The translations under genes and the position numbers were made by a program. A stretch of 64,000 nucleotides of DNA from a virus: positions 6,857 through 70,856 of the IMG/VR virus record IMGVR_UViG_3300025120_010288. One strand, 5' to 3'. Shown one piece after another: positions 55,471 through 64,000 of the stretch. The notes beneath the pieces are model-generated. The model had not been told where the DNA came from. It ran no database searches and saw only the letters and a program-made list of their open reading frames with translations. The number at the start of each line of letters is the position of its first letter. The stretch's first letter is position 1.

Positions 55471-56795
55471 ATGCCAAACTTGAAAACATATTATCACAAG
55501 TAAGTGATTACATTGTTGAAAAATCCAAAAATAAAACCTGGACCGAAGGAAAAGATCTTGTACATTATGCTGGCACTTATTATGACAGCGAAGAATATGT
55601 AGCAGGTGTAAAAAGTTTACTTGGTGGTTGGTTAGCAATGGGCATGCAAAGCCGAAAGTTTGAAAAGTTTTTTCCTCCGCAATTTGGCAAACAGTATGGT
55701 ATCCTAACCAACAGTGGGAGCAGTGCTAATCTGCTTATGATGAGCAGTTTAACAAGTAAACGCACACAGAATTTTCCCAAGGGTACTAAAGTACTGATGC
55801 CTATTGCAGGCTTTCCTACTACCCTAAATCCTACATTACAAGTCGGATTTAAACCTGTATTTGTAGATATTGAATTAGATACATTAAACATTGATTTGAC
55901 TCATGCTGAAAAACTTATACGTGAACATGACATAAAAGTTATAACATTTGCACATGTACTAGGTAATCCCCCTAACATGGACGATGTAATGACACTAGTT
56001 GACAAATATAATTTGGTATTATTAGAAGATTGCTGTGATGCATTAGGAAGTACATGGCATAACAAACCATTAGGAAGTTTTGGACTAATGGCAAGTTGTA
56101 GCTTTTATCCAGCACACCACATGACTATGGGTGAAGGTGGGTTTGTTGCCACAGCAGATAAATTACAAGAAACTGTTCTCACTAGTTTTAGAGAATGGGG
56201 CAGAGGTTGCTATTGCATAGGCCCAGAGGCTAATAAATTAAAAAATGGTACATGTGGTAAACGTTTTAGTTGCTGGATCCCAACACTCCCAGATCATGTA
56301 TTTGATCACAAATATGTATATGATGAAATTGGTTATAACCTAAAACCTATTGAACTACAAGCTGCAATGGGTATGTGTCAATTAGAAAAATTGCCTACTA
56401 TACATGCAAAACGTAGAAAAAACTTTGCACAACTAAGCAAAATATACAGCAAATACGAAGAATTTTTTTATATTCCACGTGCCCAGCCAGGTAGTGATCC
56501 AAGTTGGTTTGCGTTTCCTTTAACTATACGCCCTGGGGCTCCGTTTACTAGAAGTGAGTATGTAGATTTTTTAGAAACAAATCTAATACAAACTCGTCCT
56601 TATTTTGCAGGAAACATTATGTTACAACCAGCCTACAGTCATTTAATGAATCCTGTGGATGCTAGAGACAATTATCCTGCAGCAACTCATGCTATGTTAA
56701 ACACCATGTTTCACGGCACAAGCCCTGTTATAACAGCAGAACAAATTCAATACATTGGAAAAGTAGCTGATCAATTTTTAGGAAAGTATAGATGA
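55464..56795 (+). CDS. rfbH: NDP-4-keto-6-deoxyglucose 3-dehydrase (RfbH/DdhC, E1)
   Basis: NSGSSANL, EDCCDALG, SFYPAHHMTMGEGG (His for Lys), WGRGCYC...TCGKRF, DHKY. Confidence 0.9.
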   Translation: MVDAKLENILSQVSDYIVEKSKNKTWTEGKDLVHYAGTYYDSEEYVAGVKSLLGGWLAMGMQSRKFEKFFPPQFGKQYGILTNSGSSANLLMMSSLTSKRTQNFPKGTKVLMPIAGFPTTLNPTLQVGFKPVFVDIELDTLNIDLTHAEKLIREHDIKVITFAHVLGNPPNMDDVMTLVDKYNLVLLEDCCDALGSTWHNKPLGSFGLMASCSFYPAHHMTMGEGGFVATADKLQETVLTSFREWGRGCYCIGPEANKLKNGTCGKRFSCWIPTLPDHVFDHKYVYDEIGYNLKPIELQAAMGMCQLEKLPTIHAKRRKNFAQLSKIYSKYEEFFYIPRAQPGSDPSWFAFPLTIRPGAPFTRSEYVDFLETNLIQTRPYFAGNIMLQPAYSHLMNPVDARDNYPAATHAMLNTMFHGTSPVITAEQIQYIGKVADQFLGKYR

Positions 56796-57535
56796 AAAAT
56801 TATGTAGTACAAACACTATGTCAAGTTACTGGAAACAATAAAAACTCACGGTTAGATAAAGTACCACAAGACATGTCAAAAAAGTGGGAAACATATCAAG
56901 CAGTACAAAATGAAAGCTATAGTAGTATTAAACACTTCCTTGAAGGTGACTGGGAGTATGTGTTATTATCAGAACCTTGTGAGCATATGTTTGATGTGTT
57001 TAAGCAAAACTTTACAAAAATACATAAACTGTGGACCGAACAAGAATGTAATATATTATTCTGTGGGCTTGATGTGCAATTTATAAAACCTACTAAAATA
57101 TTTGGTGAGTTTGACAAGTTTTTAATGTTTAATTATTCCGATCCAAAAACTACAGCAAACTTTGAACACAATTTCAATTGCGACATACGATACTATCCAA
57201 GCACAATGAGTAAAAAATGGATGGACTGGACTGTAAACGAAGCTATGCACAATTTAAAAATTTGGGATGATGAGCAAGACATACACAATTATATTATGTG
57301 GGATCAAGATATCTCAATTGAAGAAGCAGTGCGTCCTCATCTTGCATGGCAAGGCATGGGTATTAGTGATTTCACAGACTTACAAATGATGGAAAATCAC
57401 CATCATTGGAACAACGGTGTTCCAATTATTGACGCACATATTATACATTGGCACACCAGCCGAGGTGCCGAAAACAGATTAGAAATAATGAGTGCTATTA
57501 ACGAATACAACAGAGTGCCTGTTAATCATGAGTAA
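56792..57535 (+). CDS. GT-A-like nucleotide-sugar transferase, putative
   Basis: ILFCGLDV, FNCD, DEQD..N, IIHWH. Confidence 0.6.
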   Translation: MKNYVVQTLCQVTGNNKNSRLDKVPQDMSKKWETYQAVQNESYSSIKHFLEGDWEYVLLSEPCEHMFDVFKQNFTKIHKLWTEQECNILFCGLDVQFIKPTKIFGEFDKFLMFNYSDPKTTANFEHNFNCDIRYYPSTMSKKWMDWTVNEAMHNLKIWDDEQDIHNYIMWDQDISIEEAVRPHLAWQGMGISDFTDLQMMENHHHWNNGVPIIDAHIIHWHTSRGAENRLEIMSAINEYNRVPVNHE

Positions 57536-58085
57536 AGTAGGCATTACTGGTCATAGCAAAGGATTAGGTCGTGCTATATTTGATAGACTTAGTGTTAATC
57601 ACGAATGTGTAGGATTTAGCCGAAGCAACAACTATAATATAGTAACAACGCCAAATTTGATAGTTAAACAAATAGAAGAGTGTGATGTGTTTGTTAATAA
57701 TGCACATTCTGGATTTATGCAACTTAACTTATTGAATATGATTTGGCAACAATGGCGTGCTGACAATACAAAAACTATTGTAAACATTAGTAGCCTTGCT
57801 CGATACCCAGGAATTAGCCAAAACGCTGATTTATACAGTACACAGAAAGCTGCATTAAGTCATCAAGCTAACATAATACAACGTGATCCTAATCGTAAAT
57901 GTCGTGTAATAAATGTTAATCCAGGATACATGGCGACAGGCATGACAGCACATCGAGATGAAAGACAAACTTCAAACATGCTATCAGCCTCTGAGGTTGC
58001 TAACATAGTGTGCTGGGCATTATCTCAACCACAGCATATTGAAATTGGTGAAATTGGCGTTTGGCCCACCACACTGGCAAAATAA
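57528..58085 (+). CDS. short-chain dehydrogenase/reductase
   Basis: TGHSKGLG, NNA, NISS, YSTQK, PG...T. Confidence 0.9.
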   Translation: MSKVGITGHSKGLGRAIFDRLSVNHECVGFSRSNNYNIVTTPNLIVKQIEECDVFVNNAHSGFMQLNLLNMIWQQWRADNTKTIVNISSLARYPGISQNADLYSTQKAALSHQANIIQRDPNRKCRVINVNPGYMATGMTAHRDERQTSNMLSASEVANIVCWALSQPQHIEIGEIGVWPTTLAK

Positions 58086-58089
58086 AAGG

Positions 58090-58118
58090 TTGCATAACTG
58101 CGTATTTTAGTCTATAAT
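58090..58118 (+). promoter_or_regulatory. sigma70-type promoter
   Basis: TTGCAT-17-TATAAT followed by AGGAGG SD. Confidence 0.75.
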
Positions 58119-58141
58119 ATATTAAAATTACAGGAGGTTTT

Positions 58142-59095
58142 ATGATAGTTGTAACAGGTAGTGCAGGCTACATTGGTGGACAAACAGTTCTTGAACTTGC
58201 AAATGCTGGTTACAGTGTTTTTGGTATTGATAAAGAATTACATAGCAACCAAATTAAAGAATATTTAACAGACTCAATACAAGCTGATTTTAGTAGTAAT
58301 GAATCATTACATGCGATTGCACAAGTAGATCCCATTGCTATTATCCATTGTGCTGGAACTAGCTTGGTTGGCCCAAGTGTTAAAAATCCTGAAGAATACT
58401 TTGATAACAATTTTGTAAAAACTAAAATTTTAATTGACAGTTTGATATCTAATAAAATGACAGACTGTAGATTTATTTTTAGTAGCAGTGCTAGTGTATA
58501 TGGTGATCCTGTAATGAACCCAATACTAGAAACTGATCCAACACTAGCGTTTAATCCTTATGGTCAAAGCAAGCTGGCTGTTGAATATTTGCTAAATAGT
58601 TATAACACAGCATATGCTACTAATTGTGTAAGTTTACGTTACTTTAATGCATGTGGTAGTGATCCCCTGGCTAGACACGGTCAAAAGAAAAATGCAACAC
58701 ATATCATACCAAAATTGATTACTAGTAATATTAATAATGAAAGTTTTAGTTTGTTTGGGACAAGTTTTCCAACTCCTGATGGTACTGCAATTCGCGATTA
58801 TGTACATGTAAGTGATATTGCTCAAGCTCATGTGATGTCTATTAACGGAACTGTAGCACCAGGAGTATATAATTTAGCAAATTCTAGAGGATACAGTAAC
58901 AAAGAAATTATTGATTTAGTACAAGAACAATTAACAACTGAATTAGTTGTAATTGAAACGCAGATGCGTGAAGGCGATCCTCCCCAACTCACTGCCGATT
59001 CAAGTAAATTTCAACAAATTAGCAACTGGGCTCCAAAGTACAGCATACAAGAAATGATAACTCATGCAATTGCATGGCACACGAAAGATATGTAA
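58142..59095 (+). CDS. galE: UDP-glucose 4-epimerase
   Basis: TGSAGYIG, SSSASVYG, YGQSK, RYFNA, TPDGT.IRDYVHV. Confidence 0.92.
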   Translation: MIVVTGSAGYIGGQTVLELANAGYSVFGIDKELHSNQIKEYLTDSIQADFSSNESLHAIAQVDPIAIIHCAGTSLVGPSVKNPEEYFDNNFVKTKILIDSLISNKMTDCRFIFSSSASVYGDPVMNPILETDPTLAFNPYGQSKLAVEYLLNSYNTAYATNCVSLRYFNACGSDPLARHGQKKNATHIIPKLITSNINNESFSLFGTSFPTPDGTAIRDYVHVSDIAQAHVMSINGTVAPGVYNLANSRGYSNKEIIDLVQEQLTTELVVIETQMREGDPPQLTADSSKFQQISNWAPKYSIQEMITHAIAWHTKDM

Positions 59096-60010
59096 ATGGT
59101 AATACTAAAAGGTCACAAAGATAAACTATATGGTGGTGCTAATGCCGTGCCCGAAACAAACATAAAAACAGTTATCAACAATTTATTTCGAGATCATGCT
59201 GCTACTGAATGGTTAGATAACGATAACATTCATAATGAATTTTTAAACACATATCGTAATTGGATTACAAATAGCAAACTTAATAATATATTGGGGCTGG
59301 AAGCATTTGGTGTCAGTGCGTTTGCAAATGGAACCAGTGAGGCATTTGATAAGTTTTATTTAAAAAATTGCACAAGGCGTTTTAGATGTTTTCAAGGCGA
59401 ATACATGTACCATCCTGCAAGTTGGAGAAATTATTTCCCAAACTGGGCTCGGTTAGAAGACGAACCATTAGATGCAAATGATGCTGTAGTATTAAGTTTA
59501 CCTTTCAGTGATACTGGTGACATACACAGCGAATACAATAATCTTATGACACAATGTACATTACAAGGAATACCAGTACTAATTGATATGGCGTTCTTTG
59601 GAACAACAGGTGGACTTGAAGTTAATATTGACTTTCCCTGTGTTACCGATGTTACCTTTAGTCTAAGTAAAACCTTTCCAATTGCACATGCAAGAGCAGG
59701 CATGAGGCTTACAAGACAAGATGATGATGACAGTTTGTTGGTTCATCATAAAACTAATTACACAAATAGACTGGGGGCAGGTTTAGGTATTGAATTAATG
59801 AAAATATACGCTGCTGATTATAACTATAATCGCTGGAGTAAAAATCACCAAGCTATTTGTAACAGCTTAGATATACAACCAAGCAAAAGTATTTTGTTTG
59901 GCATAGACACTAAAAATCTATATACAGAATATAGCCGAGGTGGCCCAACAAGTAGATTATGTGTAGCAAACCACCTCGAGCAATGGAATGAACCAAATGA
60001 TAGATATTGA
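59096..60010 (+). CDS. PLP-dependent fold type I enzyme-like protein
   Basis: G.SEAF, P...TG, LIDMAF, FSLSKTF....R.G. Confidence 0.7.
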   Translation: MVILKGHKDKLYGGANAVPETNIKTVINNLFRDHAATEWLDNDNIHNEFLNTYRNWITNSKLNNILGLEAFGVSAFANGTSEAFDKFYLKNCTRRFRCFQGEYMYHPASWRNYFPNWARLEDEPLDANDAVVLSLPFSDTGDIHSEYNNLMTQCTLQGIPVLIDMAFFGTTGGLEVNIDFPCVTDVTFSLSKTFPIAHARAGMRLTRQDDDDSLLVHHKTNYTNRLGAGLGIELMKIYAADYNYNRWSKNHQAICNSLDIQPSKSILFGIDTKNLYTEYSRGGPTSRLCVANHLEQWNEPNDRY

Positions 60011-60725
60011 ACTTATTGTTAACAAATATGATCCCAAAGATTATGCAGTAGACTACAGCCATGGTTCACCAATACCATGGCTGTATTTTGATGACTTTTT
60101 ACCCGAAGATACACTTGCTGCAGTACAAAATGATGTGAAAAATATGCCCAGTCACATGTGGAGTAACTTTACTCGTAACGATAGCATGATGAAAGAGTGT
60201 AACAATTTAAAGTATGCAAAAGTCATACGTGATCTTGTGCTTAACTTAAACAGTTCAGAATTTATTGAATGGTTGGAAGAAATGACCAACCATAAAAAAT
60301 TAATACCAGATCCTTTGTTAATTGGGGCTGGATTAATGAGGTGTGGAACTGGAAACAGTCTTAAATTACACACTGATTTTAATTGGAACGAACAATTGAA
60401 TTTAAATCGTCGATTAAATGCTATACTTTACATAAGTGAAGAATGGGATGAGTCTTGGGGCGGTGGGTTAGAGTTTTGGAATTTTGAACGTACCGAATGT
60501 TTGCACACTGTAGCCCCTAAATCCAATAGATTGTTACTCTGGGATTATGATAAAAGATTAGTACACGGTCATCCAATACCTCTAACATGCCCAAAAGATA
60601 CATATCGCGACGGACTTAGATTGTTTTACTTTAACAGCAATGCAACACCAGAACATCAACCTCATCGTAGTTTGTATTGGACGGATAAGGACGGTAATCC
60701 AGTTGATAAAAAAGAAAACTTATGA
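59988..60725 (+). CDS. 2OG-Fe(II) oxygenase
   Basis: DDFLP, LHTDFN, WGG.LEFW, HGHP, R. Confidence 0.88.
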   Translation: MNQMIDIELIVNKYDPKDYAVDYSHGSPIPWLYFDDFLPEDTLAAVQNDVKNMPSHMWSNFTRNDSMMKECNNLKYAKVIRDLVLNLNSSEFIEWLEEMTNHKKLIPDPLLIGAGLMRCGTGNSLKLHTDFNWNEQLNLNRRLNAILYISEEWDESWGGGLEFWNFERTECLHTVAPKSNRLLLWDYDKRLVHGHPIPLTCPKDTYRDGLRLFYFNSNATPEHQPHRSLYWTDKDGNPVDKKENL

Positions 60726-61366
60726 AAGATTTTGATGTAATTTTTGATACAGGAAGAATTACAACTTTTGTTGGCAACAGTTATTTTAATCAAGGACTCA
60801 ATACATATATGGGACGGTATGGCAAGACTACTGAACTAGTAACAATTGAACATGCACTTGAGCAAAATCAACAATGGTTTGATGATCGTCAATTTTTTAC
60901 TACAGTTAGTAGTATTGCATTTAGAAAAAACATAGTAGATTCATTACAACCATTTAATCCAAATTGGATCACTGTGGTAGGAACCAACACTGTTGATCCT
61001 TTTTATGACCTTAACCAACTTGGCAAAGGTGTATTTTTATATGGGCATAACTATGTAACAGATGATAGTGTTAGTATAGGCAATTATTCTATAATAACTG
61101 GTGCATGTGTAAGTCATGGAACAAAGGTTGGAAATTTTTGTTATTTAAGCCCGTGGTGCTATAGTAGTTATACTACATTAGGTGATGGTACTTGTCTAGG
61201 AACAGGTACTTATTTGTTTGGTAGACGAGACAACCAACTAGAAATAACAAACTGGTGTAATATTGTAGCTGGTAGTCGTGTTACAAAAAATATTCTTTAT
61301 CCAGGGACTTACCTAAATAACAAAACAATTAATAGCCAAAGTAGTATGGAAAATCATATACTTTAA
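60722..61366 (+). CDS. hexapeptide-repeat acyltransferase (NeuD/PglD-like)
   Basis: LGKGV, IGNYS, SHG..VGNFC, AGSRVTKNI..PG. Confidence 0.75.
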   Translation: MKDFDVIFDTGRITTFVGNSYFNQGLNTYMGRYGKTTELVTIEHALEQNQQWFDDRQFFTTVSSIAFRKNIVDSLQPFNPNWITVVGTNTVDPFYDLNQLGKGVFLYGHNYVTDDSVSIGNYSIITGACVSHGTKVGNFCYLSPWCYSSYTTLGDGTCLGTGTYLFGRRDNQLEITNWCNIVAGSRVTKNILYPGTYLNNKTINSQSSMENHIL

Positions 61367-61424
61367 CACTTGACTTTACCAGTAAAATGTTGTATAATAT
61401 GTGCAACACTATAGAGGATTTTAT

Positions 61425-61871
61425 ATGGCACATTATAGCACTAAACATTACGGACACAACATTGGACTAAGTGCAGTGTTTCGTCAGCCCAACGCAGATC
61501 ATTCACACTGTCATTTGTTACATGGTTACAGTTTAGCATTTACATTTACATTTGGATGTGATAAACTAGATAACAAGAACTGGGCAGTAGATTTTGGTGG
61601 GTTAAAGCCACTAAAGAAATGGTTAGAAGATAACTTTGATCACAAGACAGCAATTGACAGAGATGACCCATACTTGTATAAATTTGCAGAATTAGAAAAT
61701 ATGGGACTTTGCGAAGTCGTAGTAATGGACGGAGTTGGAGCAGAGAAGTTTGCCGAACATGCATTTAATTTTGCAAACAAACTTATACGTGAAGCAACAG
61801 ATAATCGTTGTTATTGTGTAAAAGTAGAGTGTGCCGAACATGGTGCTAATTCAGCAATATACGAGGCTTAA
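61425..61871 (+). CDS. queD: 6-carboxytetrahydropterin synthase
   Basis: HCHLLHGY, DFGGLK, FDH, GAEKFA; GAGG SD before ATG 61425. Confidence 0.88.
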   Translation: MAHYSTKHYGHNIGLSAVFRQPNADHSHCHLLHGYSLAFTFTFGCDKLDNKNWAVDFGGLKPLKKWLEDNFDHKTAIDRDDPYLYKFAELENMGLCEVVVMDGVGAEKFAEHAFNFANKLIREATDNRCYCVKVECAEHGANSAIYEA

Positions 61872-61873
61872 TA

Positions 61874-62695
61874 ATGAATCCTAAAATTAGTGTTATACTT
61901 CCAACTCGTGGAAGAACTGATATGCTAGAACGCAGCCTCGGTGGCCTTATTCGCAATGCATCTGATCCTAAATCAATTGAGGTGTTACTAGGGTTTGATA
62001 CTGATGATCAAGAAAGTATCAAGTACTTTAAAGAAAACATTGCTGGTATAATAGATAATTATGGAGCAACATACAATTTGTATGAATTTGAACCAATGGG
62101 ATATAACAATTTACATCGATACGTAAACGGTCTAGCTAAAGTAAGTTCAGGTGATTGGATGGTGTTTTGGAACGATGATGCAAACATGGTAGACACTGGT
62201 TGGGACAAAACTATTAGTTCATGCAAAGAGTTTGTTATACAATGTTTTGATACTCATCATTTACATCCTTATAGTATATTTCCTATTGTTCCTAGGCAGT
62301 GGCATGACATTTTAGGTTATTTAAGCAAACACCCTTTAAATGATGCATACATTAGCCAAATTGGTTGGGTACTTGGTATTATGAAAAGAATTGACGTCAA
62401 AGTAGATCATGATAGATTTGATCTAACTGGTGAAAACAAAGACGAAACATTTGATAATCGTAATTTAAATCCATTAGAAGGAAACCCAAACAATCCTACT
62501 GATATTAATTATTGGAAAAATCGAGACATTAGGCACAAAGATTTGAATAAACTTGCAAAGTGGCTATCCACAAATGGACATGACATGACACGTTGGAATA
62601 AAATAGTATCAGGTGAACTTGATCCTTGGCAACTAATGAGAGAACATGATCCAAACAATCAAGTAACACAAACCGCTATTAGGAGTGGAGTATGA
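61874..62695 (+). CDS. glycosyltransferase family 2
   Basis: ISVILPTRGR, D.DD, WNDD, FPIV. Confidence 0.85.
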   Translation: MNPKISVILPTRGRTDMLERSLGGLIRNASDPKSIEVLLGFDTDDQESIKYFKENIAGIIDNYGATYNLYEFEPMGYNNLHRYVNGLAKVSSGDWMVFWNDDANMVDTGWDKTISSCKEFVIQCFDTHHLHPYSIFPIVPRQWHDILGYLSKHPLNDAYISQIGWVLGIMKRIDVKVDHDRFDLTGENKDETFDNRNLNPLEGNPNNPTDINYWKNRDIRHKDLNKLAKWLSTNGHDMTRWNKIVSGELDPWQLMREHDPNNQVTQTAIRSGV

Positions 62696-63270
62696 AAAAA
62701 CATTATTATGGTTGGAATGACATCGAAAGTGCAGTTGATAATATTATTTTACAAATGTATAACGATATGTGGAGACCGGATTATATTGTTGGGATCACAC
62801 GCGGTGGCAACGTCCCTGCTACTATTCTTAGTAACCGACTAAACATACGGTGTGAAGCACTTAAAGTAAAACTACGCGATAACAAAGACAGCGAAGGAAG
62901 CGAAAGCAACTGGTGGATGCCAGAAGAAGCATTTGGTATCAATGACGAAACAAAGACCGGTGTTACTGGTGCCCGTTGGGATATCAAACTTCGAAAGAAT
63001 ATTTTAATTGTAGACGACATCAATGATACTGGTGCTACGTTTAACTGGATTAAAAAAGACTGGCAAGCAAGCTGCATGCCTAATGAAGAAAGTGCTTGGG
63101 ATAGTGTATGGAATGATAACGGCAATGTTAGATTTGCTACTATAACTGAGAATCTTGCAAGTGAATTTGATTTAGTAAAATATTATCATCACGAGGTAAA
63201 CAAAGTTGAAGAAGATGTTTGGCTCGTATATCCTTGGGAAAACAATAACTGGAGAGAAAATAATGGCTAG
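62692..63270 (+). CDS. purine (xanthine/guanine-type) phosphoribosyltransferase
   Basis: VGITRGG, ILIVDDINDTGAT PRPP loop, WLVYPWE. Confidence 0.9.
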   Translation: MKKHYYGWNDIESAVDNIILQMYNDMWRPDYIVGITRGGNVPATILSNRLNIRCEALKVKLRDNKDSEGSESNWWMPEEAFGINDETKTGVTGARWDIKLRKNILIVDDINDTGATFNWIKKDWQASCMPNEESAWDSVWNDNGNVRFATITENLASEFDLVKYYHHEVNKVEEDVWLVYPWENNNWRENNG

Positions 63271-63457
63271 AGTAAAAAAGAGAGAAATAGAACCAATTGA
63301 TGAACGCACACACGACGAAATGGTAGCAGAGTTTCTTGCAAATGGTGGTAAAGTACAAGTACTTGAACCTTATGCTCGTAGTGAAAATGTTGAGTACAAA
63401 GGTGGGTTTTGGGGCAGACGAAAGAAAAAAGAAGAAGACCCTAAAAAAGAAGAATAA
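63263..63457 (+). CDS. small conserved phage protein
   Basis: GGAG SD; VAEFLANGGKVQV motif. Confidence 0.7.
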   Translation: MARVKKREIEPIDERTHDEMVAEFLANGGKVQVLEPYARSENVEYKGGFWGRRKKKEEDPKKEE

Positions 63458-63717
63458 TGCCTAAAACTATTATTCACATCAATAAAAATTTAAAACAATC
63501 CAATGATAAAAACGGAAGGGCATTACCAGTTTGCCGTGTCGAAACGCAAGGAAAAACTTGGTATGGTAGTTCTGTAGATATTCAAGGCCCTAGCCGAATG
63601 ATATATAGTCCTGATAAACCGAGAACATGTGGGGCTAAATTATGGATTGAAACTGATGCTGAAGTAGTCATCTACGATAAAATAACCTATAAAGAAATAA
63701 ACCTAAATAAAAATTGA
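63457..63717 (+). CDS. conserved phage hypothetical protein
   Basis: IIHINKN...V.I.GPS...YSPDKP..CGAK.WIET. Confidence 0.75.
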   Translation: MPKTIIHINKNLKQSNDKNGRALPVCRVETQGKTWYGSSVDIQGPSRMIYSPDKPRTCGAKLWIETDAEVVIYDKITYKEINLNKN

Positions 63718-63742
63718 CACAATATATAAATTAGTGTATACT
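63714..63742 (+). promoter_or_regulatory. sigma70-type promoter
   Basis: TTGACA-17-TATACT. Confidence 0.8.
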
Positions 63743-63765
63743 GTACGTTATAGTAGGAGTATTAG

Positions 63766-64000
63766 ATGAGAATAGGTCTTATGTTTGGATCAACAACTTC
63801 AAATAGTGAACGTACTGCGGAAACTATTTGGAATACTATGCAAGAAACTGAACTACACGATATTAAAGATGGTGTAGAGGTTTTGGAACAGTATGAAAAC
63901 GTTATCATAGTTTCGCCTACTTGGGACTATGGTGATTTACAAGAAGATTATATAGAAGCATGGGATAATTTGCAAACTGTAAACTGGAGCAATAAAAGTA
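63766..64000 (+). CDS. fldA: flavodoxin (truncated by window end)
   Basis: MRIGLMFGSTTSNSE..AE.I and SPTWDYGDLQEDY FMN-binding motifs; AGGAG SD. Confidence 0.88.
   Translation, partial: MRIGLMFGSTTSNSERTAETIWNTMQETELHDIKDGVEVLEQYENVIIVSPTWDYGDLQEDYIEAWDNLQTVNWSNKS

Noticed and set aside
61370-61400. sigma70 promoter before queD
   Set aside because: TTGACT to TATAAT spacing is 19 bp; plausible, but not called.
54520-62695. Host LPS/O-antigen locus or contamination
   Set aside because: It is interleaved with phage-type genes and promoters, and has no wzx/wzy/wzm genes or visible compositional break.
1-64000. Numerous minus-strand and alternate-frame ORFs in the track (e.g. 27927-28640, 45065-45565, 27210-27704, 39361-39837)
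   Set aside because: They are shadows of well-supported + strand genes, with no SD or motifs; only phoH and the 18233 methyltransferase have support on the minus strand.
1-64000. Stop-codon recoding, as in some jumbo phages
   Set aside because: Genes are full length under the standard code, and TAA, TGA and TAG all occur at natural gene ends.
1-64000. CRISPR array, integrase or transposon, rRNA
   Set aside because: No regularly spaced repeats or matching motifs were seen by eye.

Overview
This AT-rich, gene-dense window lies almost entirely on the + strand and reads as part of a large T4-related (jumbo-type) myovirus genome, probably aquatic with a Gram-negative proteobacterial host (inference). 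It has no bacterial housekeeping context, CRISPR array or transposon. It encodes baseplate/tail proteins, replication genes (family B polymerase, clamp, clamp loader, DsbA-like protein, a DnaE fragment), spanins, two tRNAs, IF-1 and proteostasis genes (GroES-like, DnaJ, ClpA, ClpP). It also carries iron/redox genes (ferredoxin, SOD, ErpA-like, Dps, flavodoxin), a TctC/TctA transporter, and many modification enzymes (sulfotransferase-like, 2OG oxygenases, glycosyltransferases, NDP-sugar enzymes). The strongest leads are four. (1) A late-promoter cluster (31.7-41.4 kb) of modular polyproteins with T4 internal-protein-like N-terminal tags and [ILV]xE/xNE junctions suggests head-packaged, protease-processed enzyme cargo. 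(2) A 7-deazaguanine DNA-modification locus (DpdA, DpdL-like, QueD, PRTase) is interleaved with a GT-B glycosyltransferase and dideoxy-sugar genes. (3) A complete lipase_3 domain is inserted in a baseplate protein. (4) Several promoters sit 5-7 nt from start codons, implying leaderless mRNAs. All family assignments come from motif recognition by eye; no searches were run.
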